NCBI GenBank assembly: GCA_038208905.1
Contig: JBBQYG010000039.1
Span: 1 to 28,544, forward strand
DNA from: Candidatus Sumerlaeia bacterium
GTDB lineage: Bacteria; Sumerlaeota; Sumerlaeia; SLMS01
DNA length: 28,544 bases
Direction of reading: 5' to 3'
In this document: positions 1 to 9,076 of the stretch, in pieces
Position numbering within the stretch: position 1 is the first letter of the stretch
Layout: each line of letters begins with the position of its first letter
Position numbers and translations under genes: made by a program
The notes under the pieces: generated by a model
Seen by the model: only the letters and a program-made list of their open reading frames with translations
Told to the model about the DNA's origin: nothing
Database searches by the model: none

Positions 1-1419
1 ATGGAACTTGCCCGCCATGTCCGCGCACCGCTGGACATCGGCGCGGCGCTCGCGCTGGCAGCGATGGAATTCGTCCCCGGCGACACCACGCTGGCGGCGG
101 GCGTCCACGAACTCCGCGCCGGAAGCGCGCTCGCCTTCCGCCAGGGCGCCGTCATGCTTCGTTCATGGTGGCGCCCGCGCCTGATGTCCGATGCGGAAGC
201 AGACGAGGCAGCGCTGGAGAAGGAGTTGGCACTTATCCTCAACACGGTCGCCGACGAGTGGTCGGAGGGCCTGCGCAGCCTGCTCCCCATTGGCGCGCCT
301 GTGTATATACCCCTCAGCGGCGGGCTCGATTCGCGGCTACTGGCGGCACTCTTCTCCCGCCGCCTTGGCAACCGGGCGCAGGCCGTATGCTACGGCGATC
401 CGCTGTCCCAGGATGTGCGCTATTCCCGCGCGGCGGCGGCGGCGCTGGGGATGGAGCACCGCCTCGTCGCGTTCACCGACGGTTCATTCCTCTCGCCAGA
501 ACGGCGCCGCCTGCTGGCGGAATCCATCGGCCTGACTACCCGCCTGACGCTGGCCGATGGGGGGCTGCGCCTGTCGGAGGAATTCCTCCCCGCCGAGGGT
601 CTGGCGGTCTTCCTCTTGGGTCATTCGGGCGATATCCTCAGCGGCTCGCGATTGCACGCGGGGCTACAGGGGCTTCGCACGGGCGGGGACGTGGCCGCGC
701 TCATGTCAAGTCGCTGGACGTGCTTCCGGGCCCCGCTGCTTGAGAAGCTGCTTCGCCCGGAGCACCTGCACCTGGCGGGATCGACAGGAAGCCAGCTTGC
801 GGGGAGTTGTGCCCTGGTTCCGTCGGGCGACGCGATGGAGACGGCACAGGAATGGTTGCTCTACCAGCTGGTATGGCGCCGCGTCCTTACCGAGTCGATC
901 GTCTATCGTCGGCGGGCTCTCCCGATGCTGCCGTTCTTCGACAGTCGCCTAGCGGACTTCTTTGGGCGGATTCCCCGGCGCTTCCTCTACAACCAACGTG
1001 TCTATAAAAATACAATCCTCCGGCGCGTGTTCCGGGATCATGCAGTCGCCCGGGTACCGTTGCAGGGGCGGGGCGTGCTTTCGCCCGTGGGGGACGCGAA
1101 CAAGAGGCACTCGCTTCGCTACCAGACGCGTCGGGCGACGAATCGCCTGCTAAGGGCCTTGGCGCCGCTGAGCTATGAGCGGCGGGTTTCGTCCTGCCCG
1201 ATGGTGGCACTGTGGCGGCGCGACGCGGAGATGCGGGAATCCGTCTTGGGTGACATCGAACGCTCGAGTGTGCTCCCGCATCTGTTCCAGATGGACCGAT
1301 TGAAGGACTATCTCAGGTCGAGTCTGGGGCGCGACGACAACCTTACCACTCTTGGCGTGTGGGGCCTACTGACCATCGAGTACGCAGGCCAGGCTATCGC
1401 CGACCGGCCAGGCGCATGA
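1..1419 (+). CDS. Asparagine synthetase (glutamine-hydrolysing)-like amidotransferase, probably 5'-truncated by the window edge
   Basis: PP-loop motif IPLSGGLDSR, LGHSGD and PFFDSRL motifs of the AsnB synthetase domain; adjacent to a Wzx flippase. The N-terminal Cys of the GATase domain is not visible, so the gene probably starts upstream. Confidence 0.75.
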   Translation: MELARHVRAPLDIGAALALAAMEFVPGDTTLAAGVHELRAGSALAFRQGAVMLRSWWRPRLMSDAEADEAALEKELALILNTVADEWSEGLRSLLPIGAPVYIPLSGGLDSRLLAALFSRRLGNRAQAVCYGDPLSQDVRYSRAAAAALGMEHRLVAFTDGSFLSPERRRLLAESIGLTTRLTLADGGLRLSEEFLPAEGLAVFLLGHSGDILSGSRLHAGLQGLRTGGDVAALMSSRWTCFRAPLLEKLLRPEHLHLAGSTGSQLAGSCALVPSGDAMETAQEWLLYQLVWRRVLTESIVYRRRALPMLPFFDSRLADFFGRIPRRFLYNQRVYKNTILRRVFRDHAVARVPLQGRGVLSPVGDANKRHSLRYQTRRATNRLLRALAPLSYERRVSSCPMVALWRRDAEMRESVLGDIERSSVLPHLFQMDRLKDYLRSSLGRDDNLTTLGVWGLLTIEYAGQAIADRPGA

Positions 1420-2890
1420 GCAGGCGGAATTGCTCCGGGTGGAACCGCCAGAGCAGTACTGTATAGACAATCGCCGGAAGGACACTGAGCAATGGCCCCC
1501 ACAGCAGGTGCCCCTGCGTCGCGGCGATGCAGAGCCATAGCCCCCCCGCATAGACGCCGAGCGCGGGCACCAGCCGGAGCGTGGCCGCCAGATACCGCCC
1601 CCATCCCGCCCCCAGCAGCCAGCCCAGAATCGCCGCGTTGGCGACCCACATCGCCATGCTGAATATTCCAATTCCCGCCACCACCGCCAGCAGCCCATCC
1701 GGAGCCAGCCACCAGATGATCGCCACACGCCCACCGGTATAGACGATGTTCCAGAGGAGCCCCACTTCGGAACGGTCGCGCACCATGTCGAGACTGCTGA
1801 TCGGCGTATAGACGGCCACCAGCACCATGTAGATCGCCATCCACCGGACGATGGGCGTTGCGGTTTCCACGAAGGCCCCGCCCGCCAGCAGATACACGTT
1901 GGATGGGGCAAAGAACGCAAACCACAGCACCGCCGGCGCGATGAACGCCGCGGCCCCCGCGATAATCGCGAGGCAGCGGCGGTGCAACTCTGGGTCCGGC
2001 ACGCCGGAGATCGTGGGAAACGTGACCCGCCACAGCGCGCCCGACAGCAGCATCACCGGCAACACCAGCAGTTGCAGCGCCACGGAGTAGTCTGCGGTGG
2101 CCCCCTTGGATATCCATGCCACGAAGAGCACCCCCGGCAGGAGCGACGCCACATTGTTCAGCGTCAGGTCCGCCGTGTTGAACGTGCAGTAGCCGAGGTG
2201 CCTCCTCACGAGCCGCTTCAAGATCGAGAACCGCGACGGACGCAGGATCGACGCGGGCCTGAACGGTTCCCGACGAAAGAGCCACCAACACTCGAAGACT
2301 TCCCCCGCCAGGTACATCGCCATCAGTGGCCATGCCTTTGCCAGTGCCAGCGCGGCGATTCCCCCCCCGATACAGGTGATCAGTCCGTTGCCGAATTCGC
2401 CGATGGAGATCTTCTTGAAGTCGAGCCGCGCCGCCAGCGAACCGCGGATGGAGAGCTTGACCGCCTGAACCGCAAAGATCAGCGGCATCAACAGCAACGC
2501 CGGCCAGTCGTCCCCCACGGTAAGCCACCCGCCCAGAAAACTCGACGCGCCGACGTGCGGCACCAGAGCGAGCACCAGCGTCCCTAGCGCCAATCCTCCG
2601 CCGATCAGCGCCAGCGCCTGAGAGCACGCGGCGACGTAGCGGGCCCGCCTCGACTTCTCCCTCACCAGCAGCGAATCGAGCCCAAACGGCAGCAGCGCCA
2701 GCGCCATCAGGTGGATCAGCACCATCGCGCGATACAGGCCAACGACATCCTTCTCCACCACGCGGTAGATGATCATCTGGCCACCGAGCGAGAGCACCCG
2801 GAAGCCAAACGATCCCATCAGAATCCAGCGTGTGGCGGAAATTGCAGAGCCCATGCCGCGAGTCGAAGGCTCCCCGGGGAAGACGGTCAA
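1394..2890 (-). CDS. Oligosaccharide flippase (Wzx/PST, MOP superfamily)
   Basis: About 490 aa with 12-14 hydrophobic segments; VGLY, LDFKKI and TFPTIS motifs typical of PST exporters. Start is uncertain: TTG 2890 or ATG 2854. The 3' end overlaps the convergent gene by 26 bp. Confidence 0.85.
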   Translation of the reverse strand: MTVFPGEPSTRGMGSAISATRWILMGSFGFRVLSLGGQMIIYRVVEKDVVGLYRAMVLIHLMALALLPFGLDSLLVREKSRRARYVAACSQALALIGGGLALGTLVLALVPHVGASSFLGGWLTVGDDWPALLLMPLIFAVQAVKLSIRGSLAARLDFKKISIGEFGNGLITCIGGGIAALALAKAWPLMAMYLAGEVFECWWLFRREPFRPASILRPSRFSILKRLVRRHLGYCTFNTADLTLNNVASLLPGVLFVAWISKGATADYSVALQLLVLPVMLLSGALWRVTFPTISGVPDPELHRRCLAIIAGAAAFIAPAVLWFAFFAPSNVYLLAGGAFVETATPIVRWMAIYMVLVAVYTPISSLDMVRDRSEVGLLWNIVYTGGRVAIIWWLAPDGLLAVVAGIGIFSMAMWVANAAILGWLLGAGWGRYLAATLRLVPALGVYAGGLWLCIAATQGHLLWGPLLSVLPAIVYTVLLWRFHPEQFRLLMRLAGRR

Positions 2891-2906
2891 AGGGAAGGTG
2901 GCGCTT

Positions 2907-4001
2907 CTAGACCTGCTTCGCGCCGCGGCGCTTCAGCTCCCGAGCCACCAGGCGGACGTCCTGGGCGCTGCTCTTGGAGGCCACCAGCACGGAGTCCCTG
3001 GAGATGATCACGATCAGGTTCTCCGCGCCGACGATGCCCACGGCGATGTGCTCGGCGCCGGCCTCGTTGATCACGATGTTGCCGCGCGATTCCACAAGGA
3101 CCGGGTCGCCCTCGGCCACGTTCCCCGCGGCGTCGTGGGGGCGCGACCGGTCGAGCGCATCCCACGAACCCACGTCGTCCCACGGGAAGTTGGACTCCAC
3201 CATCAGCACGCTGGAGGCGCGCTCCATCAACGCGTAGTCGATGGAAATGTCGGGCAGCTTTTCGAATTCCTTCGCCGCGGGCTTGGCTTTCTTCTTCGCG
3301 AGGAGCGCCGCCACATTGCGCGTCACCTCTGCGTGAATCGGGGAGGCGCCGTCCAGCTCGCGCAGGAACGTATCCACGCGCCAGAAAAACATGCCGCTGT
3401 TCCAGTAGTGCTGGCCGCTGGCCACGAACTCCTCCGCCAGCTCGCGGTTGGGCTTTTCGCGGAACCGGCTAACCCGGCGGGCGGCGCCGCTGAAGCGCCC
3501 CTTCACCACCTCGATATATCCATAGCCCGTCTCGGGCCGCGTCGGGCGGACGCCGATGGTGACGAGGGCGTCGTTCTTTTCCGCCGCGACCATCGCCGCG
3601 CGGACCTTCGAGCGGAACCGCCCGGGCTGACCGATCATGTGGTCGGCGGTCAGCACCGCCAGCGAGATCTCCTCGCCGGGAAAGCGCGCCATCACCTCGC
3701 TCGCCACCCAGGAAAGACACCCCGCCGTGTTGCGGCGCGCGGGTTCGCTGAGCACGTTGGCGCGGGGGATCGGCAGGCCGGCCCCCCGGATCGACGGCGC
3801 CAGAATATCGGAAGTTGAGACGAAGACCTGCTCGGCGGGGATCAGCGGAAGGATCCGCTCGACGGCCTCCTCCAGCAGGGTCTTGCGGGGGTGCGTCAGC
3901 CGGAGCATCTGCTTGGGGCGCTGCTGGCGGGAGAGGGGCCAGAATCGCTCTCCCGAACCACCGGCCATGATCACGGCCACCCTGCGGAACTTGCGCGCCA
4001 T
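2907..4001 (-). CDS. manC: Mannose-1-phosphate guanylyltransferase (no C-terminal cupin/PMI domain)
   Basis: IMAGGSGERFWPLSR..PKQ, EPARRNTA, PETGYGYI, FREKP, WNSGMF, ISIDYALME and WDDVGSW motifs; 364 aa. Confidence 0.93.
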   Translation of the reverse strand: MARKFRRVAVIMAGGSGERFWPLSRQQRPKQMLRLTHPRKTLLEEAVERILPLIPAEQVFVSTSDILAPSIRGAGLPIPRANVLSEPARRNTAGCLSWVASEVMARFPGEEISLAVLTADHMIGQPGRFRSKVRAAMVAAEKNDALVTIGVRPTRPETGYGYIEVVKGRFSGAARRVSRFREKPNRELAEEFVASGQHYWNSGMFFWRVDTFLRELDGASPIHAEVTRNVAALLAKKKAKPAAKEFEKLPDISIDYALMERASSVLMVESNFPWDDVGSWDALDRSRPHDAAGNVAEGDPVLVESRGNIVINEAGAEHIAVGIVGAENLIVIISRDSVLVASKSSAQDVRLVARELKRRGAKQV

Positions 4002-4171
4002 CCCTGTCGGTGCTCCCTGTCAGTAGTTGCCCGCCGCGAGAGCCGGAGTCAGCCGCCCACCGCCCCGGGGCCGCAACAAAAGAGAGACATCGCCTTCGCC
4101 GACGGCGAAAATGACCGCTTTTCCCCTTGCGGCAGGGGGGCTGCTCGCCTCTTCTCACAGGGCCCTACGGG

Positions 4172-4247
4172 GCTGCTGTAGCTCAGTCGGCAGAGCACGT
4201 CCTTGGTAAGGACGAGGTCAGCGGTTCGATCCCGCTCAGCAGCTCCA
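4172..4247 (+). tRNA. tRNA-Thr (GGT)
   Basis: Acceptor stem GCTGCTG/CAGCAGC, D arm AGCTCAGTCGGCAGAGC, anticodon arm CGTCC-TTGGTAA-GGACG, T loop TTCGATC, encoded CCA; 76 nt. Confidence 0.97.
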
Positions 4248-4378
4248 CTTGGCTTCCCACTGACAACCGATGGCTGAATCGCAATCCCGAAGGACGTAGG
4301 GGACTGCCAAGGACTGCAAGGGCTTGGCGCCGTGTTTCGTCGCCACTTTCCCCTGCCTTTCACCGCTGTTCCCCGCCA

Positions 4379-5101
4379 TTAATCATCGTCGCGGTTGCGG
4401 GGCTTCTGCATCGAATACTTCACGATGCAATACAGCGCGCGAAAGCCGTCCTTCATGCCGATTTTCTTGCCTTCGTCATAGGTCCGGCCGTGGTAGGTAA
4501 TGCCGATCTCATAGAACCGTGCCTGCTTCTTGGCCAGCTTTGCCGTGATCTCCGGCTCGAAGCCAAATCGATCCTCCTCGATATGCACACCCTTGAGGAT
4601 CGAACGGCGGAACATCTTGTAGCACGTCTCCATGTCGGTGATATTCAGGTCGGTGAACATATTGGAGAGCGTGGTCAGCACGCCGTTCCCCACGCGATGC
4701 CAGAAGTACAGCACCCGATGCTCGTGCCCGCCCAGAAAGCGCGACCCATAGACCACATCGGCCCGGTTATCCAGCAGCGGATTGATCAGCTTGGCGTATT
4801 CCTGGGGGTCGTACTCCAGATCGGCGTCCTGAACCACCACATAGTCGCCGGTGGCCTGGCGAAATCCCGTGCGGATGGCGGCGCCCTTTCCGCGGTTCTT
4901 CTTGTGGAGGATGATCTTGGCGACCTTGGACTCCAGCGCGGGATACAGGTCGCGCGTGCCATCGGTGCTGCCATCGTCCACCAGGATGATTTCCTTCTGT
5001 CCCCCGGCGGGGAGCACCACCGCGCGGGTGGCCTCGACGATGGCCTCCAGGGTCTTCAGCTCGTTGTAGACCGGAATGACGACTGACAGCAGATAGCTCA
5101 T
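4379..5101 (-). CDS. Glycosyltransferase family 2, DPM/polyprenol-phosphate glycosyltransferase-like
   Basis: SVVIPVYNE, VDDGSTDGT, NRGKGAA, QDADLEYDP, VYGSRF, TDMETCYK and FGFEPEIT motifs. Confidence 0.92.
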   Translation of the reverse strand: MSYLLSVVIPVYNELKTLEAIVEATRAVVLPAGGQKEIILVDDGSTDGTRDLYPALESKVAKIILHKKNRGKGAAIRTGFRQATGDYVVVQDADLEYDPQEYAKLINPLLDNRADVVYGSRFLGGHEHRVLYFWHRVGNGVLTTLSNMFTDLNITDMETCYKMFRRSILKGVHIEEDRFGFEPEITAKLAKKQARFYEIGITYHGRTYDEGKKIGMKDGFRALYCIVKYSMQKPRNRDDD

Positions 5102-5280
5102 GGTTCCGGCGGCTCCGGGAGAGAGGGGGATTCACCCGCAAAATTCAATCGCACATTGGGGCACCGGAGGTGGCGGGAGGGTCAAGCGCATTGCCCCAGC
5201 CAACGGTCGAGAGCCGATACAGCTTGCCGTTGTTCGGCGCGGGGGCGCTGACGTTCCTCCAGATTTCCCGGAGGTGTGCG

Positions 5281-6168
5281 ATGGCGCCCAGCGACTTGCG
5301 AATTCTTCTCCTCTTCATTCTCTCGGCGCTCCTGCCGATGCCGTCGGCGATAGCCGCGCCCGCAGAGTTCCGCTTCGTGGGCGCCGACGCCGATCTGGTG
5401 ACGGTGGCCGACATGAAGGCGGCTCGCGACCAGCCCGCCGCGTGGGCCATGCTGGAGCAATACCTCCCCCCCGAGGAGCAGGCCCGCCTCGCCGAGTTGC
5501 AGGGCGCCCTGGGCGTCAACGTGCGCCGCGACGCCGACCAACTCCTCCTGTCGGGCCCGTCGCGCAATCCCGGTGCAATGGTGGCCGCCCTGACGGGGCG
5601 CTTTGACCCCAAGGCCATTGGCGCCCGCGCTGCGAAGATTCCCGGATACAAGACGGGCAAGCTCTCGGGCCTGCCGGTTCACGCGATTCCCAGCGGAGGC
5701 GGCATCCTGGTCGCCTTCCCCTCGCCCGGGATCATGCTGCTCGCAAGCGAATTCACCGCCATGGAAAAGGCCATCGCCACCGGGGCCGCTGGCGGCGTGG
5801 CCCGGAAGGTCGGCGGCGCCTATCCCACGGCCACTGCCGGACGCGGCGCGCCAATCCTGTGGCTGGACGGCATCGAGCCCGATTTGGCCATGCTGGCGCT
5901 GCCGCCCGCCATCGCGGGCCTGCCGCTGGACCGGGCGACATTGGGCATGTGGCTGAAGGGAAATCAGGCCGCGCTCGACGGCAAGCTCCGCGCGCGCGAC
6001 GCCGAAAGCGCCAACCGGATTGCCCTGGGGCTCAAGGGCCTCGCGGCGCTCTCTTGGATGCAGGCGGAACACTCCGACCCGCTCTCCGCGTTGCTGGCGC
6101 AATCCGAAGTGCGAGCCGGCAGCGATCCGAGAGAAGTCCTCGTGACCGGGAGCGCGCTCTGGCCCTGA
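5281..6168 (+). CDS. Hypothetical exported protein (295 aa)
   Basis: GGAGGT RBS at 5270-5275 before ATG 5281; signal-peptide-like N-terminus (RILLLFILSALLPMPSAIA); GC-rich third codon positions. Confidence 0.7.
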   Translation: MAPSDLRILLLFILSALLPMPSAIAAPAEFRFVGADADLVTVADMKAARDQPAAWAMLEQYLPPEEQARLAELQGALGVNVRRDADQLLLSGPSRNPGAMVAALTGRFDPKAIGARAAKIPGYKTGKLSGLPVHAIPSGGGILVAFPSPGIMLLASEFTAMEKAIATGAAGGVARKVGGAYPTATAGRGAPILWLDGIEPDLAMLALPPAIAGLPLDRATLGMWLKGNQAALDGKLRARDAESANRIALGLKGLAALSWMQAEHSDPLSALLAQSEVRAGSDPREVLVTGSALWP

Positions 6169-6205
6169 GCCAGTCGCGCCGTTACTCGATCTGAAAAGAA
6201 AGGGG

Positions 6206-6281
6206 TGGTACTCCCAAGGGGATTTGAACCCCTGTTACCGCCGTGAGAGGGCGGTGTCCTAGACCCCTAGACGATGGGAGC
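6206..6281 (-). tRNA. tRNA-Glu (CTC)
   Basis: Reverse complement reads GCTCCCATCGTCTAGGGGTCTAGGACA-CCGCC-CTCTCAC-GGCGG-TAAC-AGGGG-TTCAAAT-CCCCT-TGGGAGT-ACCA. Confidence 0.97.
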
Positions 6282-6300
6282 ACAAGTGCCGAGAAAAATT

Positions 6301-6376
6301 TGGCTGGGGAGCTAGGACTCGAACCCAGAACATTCAGATCCAGAATCTGACGTGCTACCAGTTGCACCACTCCCCA
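6301..6376 (-). tRNA. tRNA-Gln (CTG)
   Basis: Reverse complement reads TGGGGAG...TCAGA-TTCTGGA-TCTGA...CTGGG-TTCGAGT-CCTAG-CTCCCCA-GCCA; lies 19 bp upstream of tRNA-Glu. Confidence 0.97.
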
Positions 6377-6447
6377 GCGGTGCCCCACCGGTTTCCCGGC
6401 AGGGCGGATAGGTGAGCCCCACCACCACCCCCGCGTCAAGGGCGAAA

Positions 6448-7215
6448 TTACTCCCGCGGCGACGGCCTCAGCACCAGCGACCGCTCGAACCCCTGCACCG
6501 CCAGGATCACCATGACGATCGTGACGATACCCACCGGCAGCACCAGCCCCGCGAGGGTGAGGCTCTTGACGAAGAGCGCCAGCGTCGCCGCGGCCACCAG
6601 ATAGGCGACGAAGAGCGTCTCCGACTTTGACGGAATCCGCGGGCGGCGACGCAGCACCTCCGCCACGGCGCGGCCCAGCATCGCGCCGACAAGGACCCCG
6701 CCGAGCGCACTTCCCGCATAGGTCTCCCGCGTGAGGCCCGGCACAAAGCTGACCAACCCGATCACGAGGCAGAGCAAACCCGTCAGCAGCGGAAGCAACG
6801 CCAGCACCTCCACCAGCCCCACGATTACAAACACCCAAATCAGCGTCAGCGCGCTGGCGGTGATCGCGTCCAGCGACACCGACCCGATCCCCGGCACTCC
6901 CACGAACGGAAGCCGGAATCCGCCGACGCACAGAATCAACCCCGCGACCAACGTCGCGATCACATGGCGGCGGGAGCTCGGGAGAGACACATCGGAAAGG
7001 CGGCAGAAAACCAGCATCGCCACCCCGCCCGCCACGATCCATCCGAGTCCCTCTCCCGGATGCTGGAGCGCCATCAGCATCAGCGCCCCCAGCACCCCCG
7101 CGCCAAACATCGGACGGGGTCCTCGCCTTGCGCGCGGGAGCCGATCCGACGCCACCTCCAGCACGCAGACGAGTAGCCCCGCGGCGACCAGCGCGTGAAG
7201 TCCCACGTTGCTCAT
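6448..7215 (-). CDS. MraY/WecA (PNPT, GT4)-like membrane protein with degenerate catalytic motifs
   Basis: ATG 7215 overlaps the GT2 stop (ATGA). Hydrophobic pattern and the segments P-MFGAG, 'FRLPFVGVPG' and 'LTLIWVF' resemble WecA/TagO. The 81 upstream codons in the ORF track overlap the GT2 gene and are excluded. Confidence 0.6.
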   Translation of the reverse strand: MSNVGLHALVAAGLLVCVLEVASDRLPRARRGPRPMFGAGVLGALMLMALQHPGEGLGWIVAGGVAMLVFCRLSDVSLPSSRRHVIATLVAGLILCVGGFRLPFVGVPGIGSVSLDAITASALTLIWVFVIVGLVEVLALLPLLTGLLCLVIGLVSFVPGLTRETYAGSALGGVLVGAMLGRAVAEVLRRRPRIPSKSETLFVAYLVAAATLALFVKSLTLAGLVLPVGIVTIVMVILAVQGFERSLVLRPSPRE

Positions 7216-8942
7216 GGCCGCGCAACCTTTCCTTCGATCCACGCCGCCGCCAACTGCACGCCGCACCGCGCCCCGATCATCGCGCCGGTCGCCGCGTCCA
7301 GGAACATCAGGCTGCGGCTGTAGTGCTTCTTGTAGAATTTGTACATGGAGCGGTGCCGCTCCAGGATCGTGAGCGTGCGGTACTTCCGCGAGGACTGGCC
7401 GATCAGGTGCACGACGCGCGCGAAGGGGAGATAGCTGACGCGGTAGCCCGCCTCCCACACGCGATAGCAGTAGTCCACGTCCTCCGAGTACATGAAGAAA
7501 CGCTCGTCCAGCGGACCCACGCGCTCAAGTGCCTCCCGCCGGATCATCAGGCAAGCGCCGCTCACCCAGTCCACGTCCTGAATCTCCTCGTGGCGGAAAT
7601 CCGTCATCAGGTAGGAGCGCGAAAACCGATTGTTCGGAATCATCCGCGTCAGCAGCGAATAGCGATTGAAGAGCGCCTGGCTGAAGCTGGGAAAGCGCCG
7701 ACACGAGAGCTGGAGCGAGCCGTCGCCATTCAGCAGCTTGAGCCCCGCCGCCCCGATGGCCGGATGCCCATCCATGTACTCGATCGCCGCGCTGAAGGCG
7801 CCAGCCTGCACGCGCGTGTCGTTGTTGAGGAGTAGGACGTGGCGCCCCGCCGACGCCTCGATCCCTTGGTTGTTGGCGCGCGTGAAGCCAAGGTTTCCCT
7901 TGTTGGCGATCGTCTTCACATCGGCGTAGCCTGCCTTCACCGCCTCGATGGTTCCGTCCTTGCTGCCGTTATCGACGACGAAGACCTCCATCCGGTGGCG
8001 CGGCGCGGCGTCGGCCAGCGAGCGCAGGCAATCCAGCGTCAACGCCTTGCCATTGTAGTTCACGATCACCACGGAAAGATCCGGTCGGTCCGCCGCCTTG
8101 TTCCCGCTCTCGATTCCCTCCACGCGGACGCGCGACGCCGGGCGGCTGGGCCATGCCCAGTTGAGCCCCTGATGATGAACCTTCCACCAGAAGCGCAGCC
8201 CGCTCTTCAGGTGCTCCAGCGCCAGGCGGTTCAGCCCCTTGTCCGACAGGCGCTGCACCTTGTGTACGATGCGCGCGTGCGGATTGAAGGCGATGCGCCA
8301 TCCCGCGCGCTTGGCCCGCCAGCACCAGTCCACGTCCTCGAAACCGAAGTAGTATTTCTCGTCGAAGTGGCCCACCTGCTCGATGGCCTCGCGCCTCATG
8401 CAGAAGCATGCCCCCGCCATCCAGTCGCCCAGGAACGGGAGCGTGTGGTCCTTGTCTTTCATCAAGTGGCGTTGGGTCCACGGGTTATCGGGCCAGCGGC
8501 GCTGAATCGGCGACCGCCGCACCAGCACCGTGGCGAGGTCGTAGAAGCGCTTCACATTGTACTCGAGCTCGCCGTTCAGCCGCACCGTGTGGCCACCGCA
8601 CCCCGCCAGCCTGGGATGCCGGTCCATGAACCGCACCAGTGCGTCGAGGCAGCCGTCCAGCAGCTCCGTATCCGCATCCAGAATCAGGCAATGCCGCCCC
8701 GTCGCCGCGCGCAGGCCCACGTTGCGCATCTCGGCGATTCCAAAGATGTCGTGCCGGATCAGGTTCACCCACGGATACTTCTCCGCGACCAATTCCTCCG
8801 TCCCATCGCCAGAGGGCTTGTTGACGAGGATCGTCTCCACGCTGCACTTGTGGGCGTGACGCTCGATGCAGGGGAGCACCCCGGCAACGTCAGCCCCCAT
8901 GCGCCAGTTGATGAGGATGATGGAGAGGTCTGGCGTGGTCAC
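7212..8942 (-). CDS. Glycosyltransferase with two tandem GT2 (WbbL/rhamnosyltransferase-like) domains
   Basis: Domain 1: DLSIILINW, LILDADT, DWMAGAC, FEDVDWC. Domain 2: DLSVVIVNYN, VDNGSKDG, NLGFTRANN, LNNDT, DWVSGAC, FMYSEDVD. Start is uncertain: GTG 8942 or ATG 9014. Confidence 0.88.
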   Translation of the reverse strand: MTTPDLSIILINWRMGADVAGVLPCIERHAHKCSVETILVNKPSGDGTEELVAEKYPWVNLIRHDIFGIAEMRNVGLRAATGRHCLILDADTELLDGCLDALVRFMDRHPRLAGCGGHTVRLNGELEYNVKRFYDLATVLVRRSPIQRRWPDNPWTQRHLMKDKDHTLPFLGDWMAGACFCMRREAIEQVGHFDEKYYFGFEDVDWCWRAKRAGWRIAFNPHARIVHKVQRLSDKGLNRLALEHLKSGLRFWWKVHHQGLNWAWPSRPASRVRVEGIESGNKAADRPDLSVVIVNYNGKALTLDCLRSLADAAPRHRMEVFVVDNGSKDGTIEAVKAGYADVKTIANKGNLGFTRANNQGIEASAGRHVLLLNNDTRVQAGAFSAAIEYMDGHPAIGAAGLKLLNGDGSLQLSCRRFPSFSQALFNRYSLLTRMIPNNRFSRSYLMTDFRHEEIQDVDWVSGACLMIRREALERVGPLDERFFMYSEDVDYCYRVWEAGYRVSYLPFARVVHLIGQSSRKYRTLTILERHRSMYKFYKKHYSRSLMFLDAATGAMIGARCGVQLAAAWIEGKVARP

Positions 8943-9005
8943 GGGGGGGCGCGCGGGGAGTGGAGCGGTTGGGGGAAGCCTGGGCGGTTGCGACCGGCAT
9001 GGTGC

Positions 9006-9033
9006 TTGATCCATACCCCCGCGCGGATAACAT
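9006..9033 (+). promoter_or_regulatory. Putative sigma70 promoter of the ahpD-like gene
   Basis: TTGATC-N16-TAACAT, upstream of AGGAG RBS (9066-9070) and ATG 9077. Confidence 0.4.
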
Positions 9034-9076
9034 CCGGCGACAGAAACGCCGGACACATCCTGCGCAGGAGACCCCC

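Noticed and set aside
5157-6439. TTGAC hexamers upstream of the GT2 gene (5180-5185) and tRNA-Gln (6434-6439), minus strand
   Set aside because: Plausible -35 elements, but there is no convincing -10 at 16-18 nt, so they are not called as promoters.
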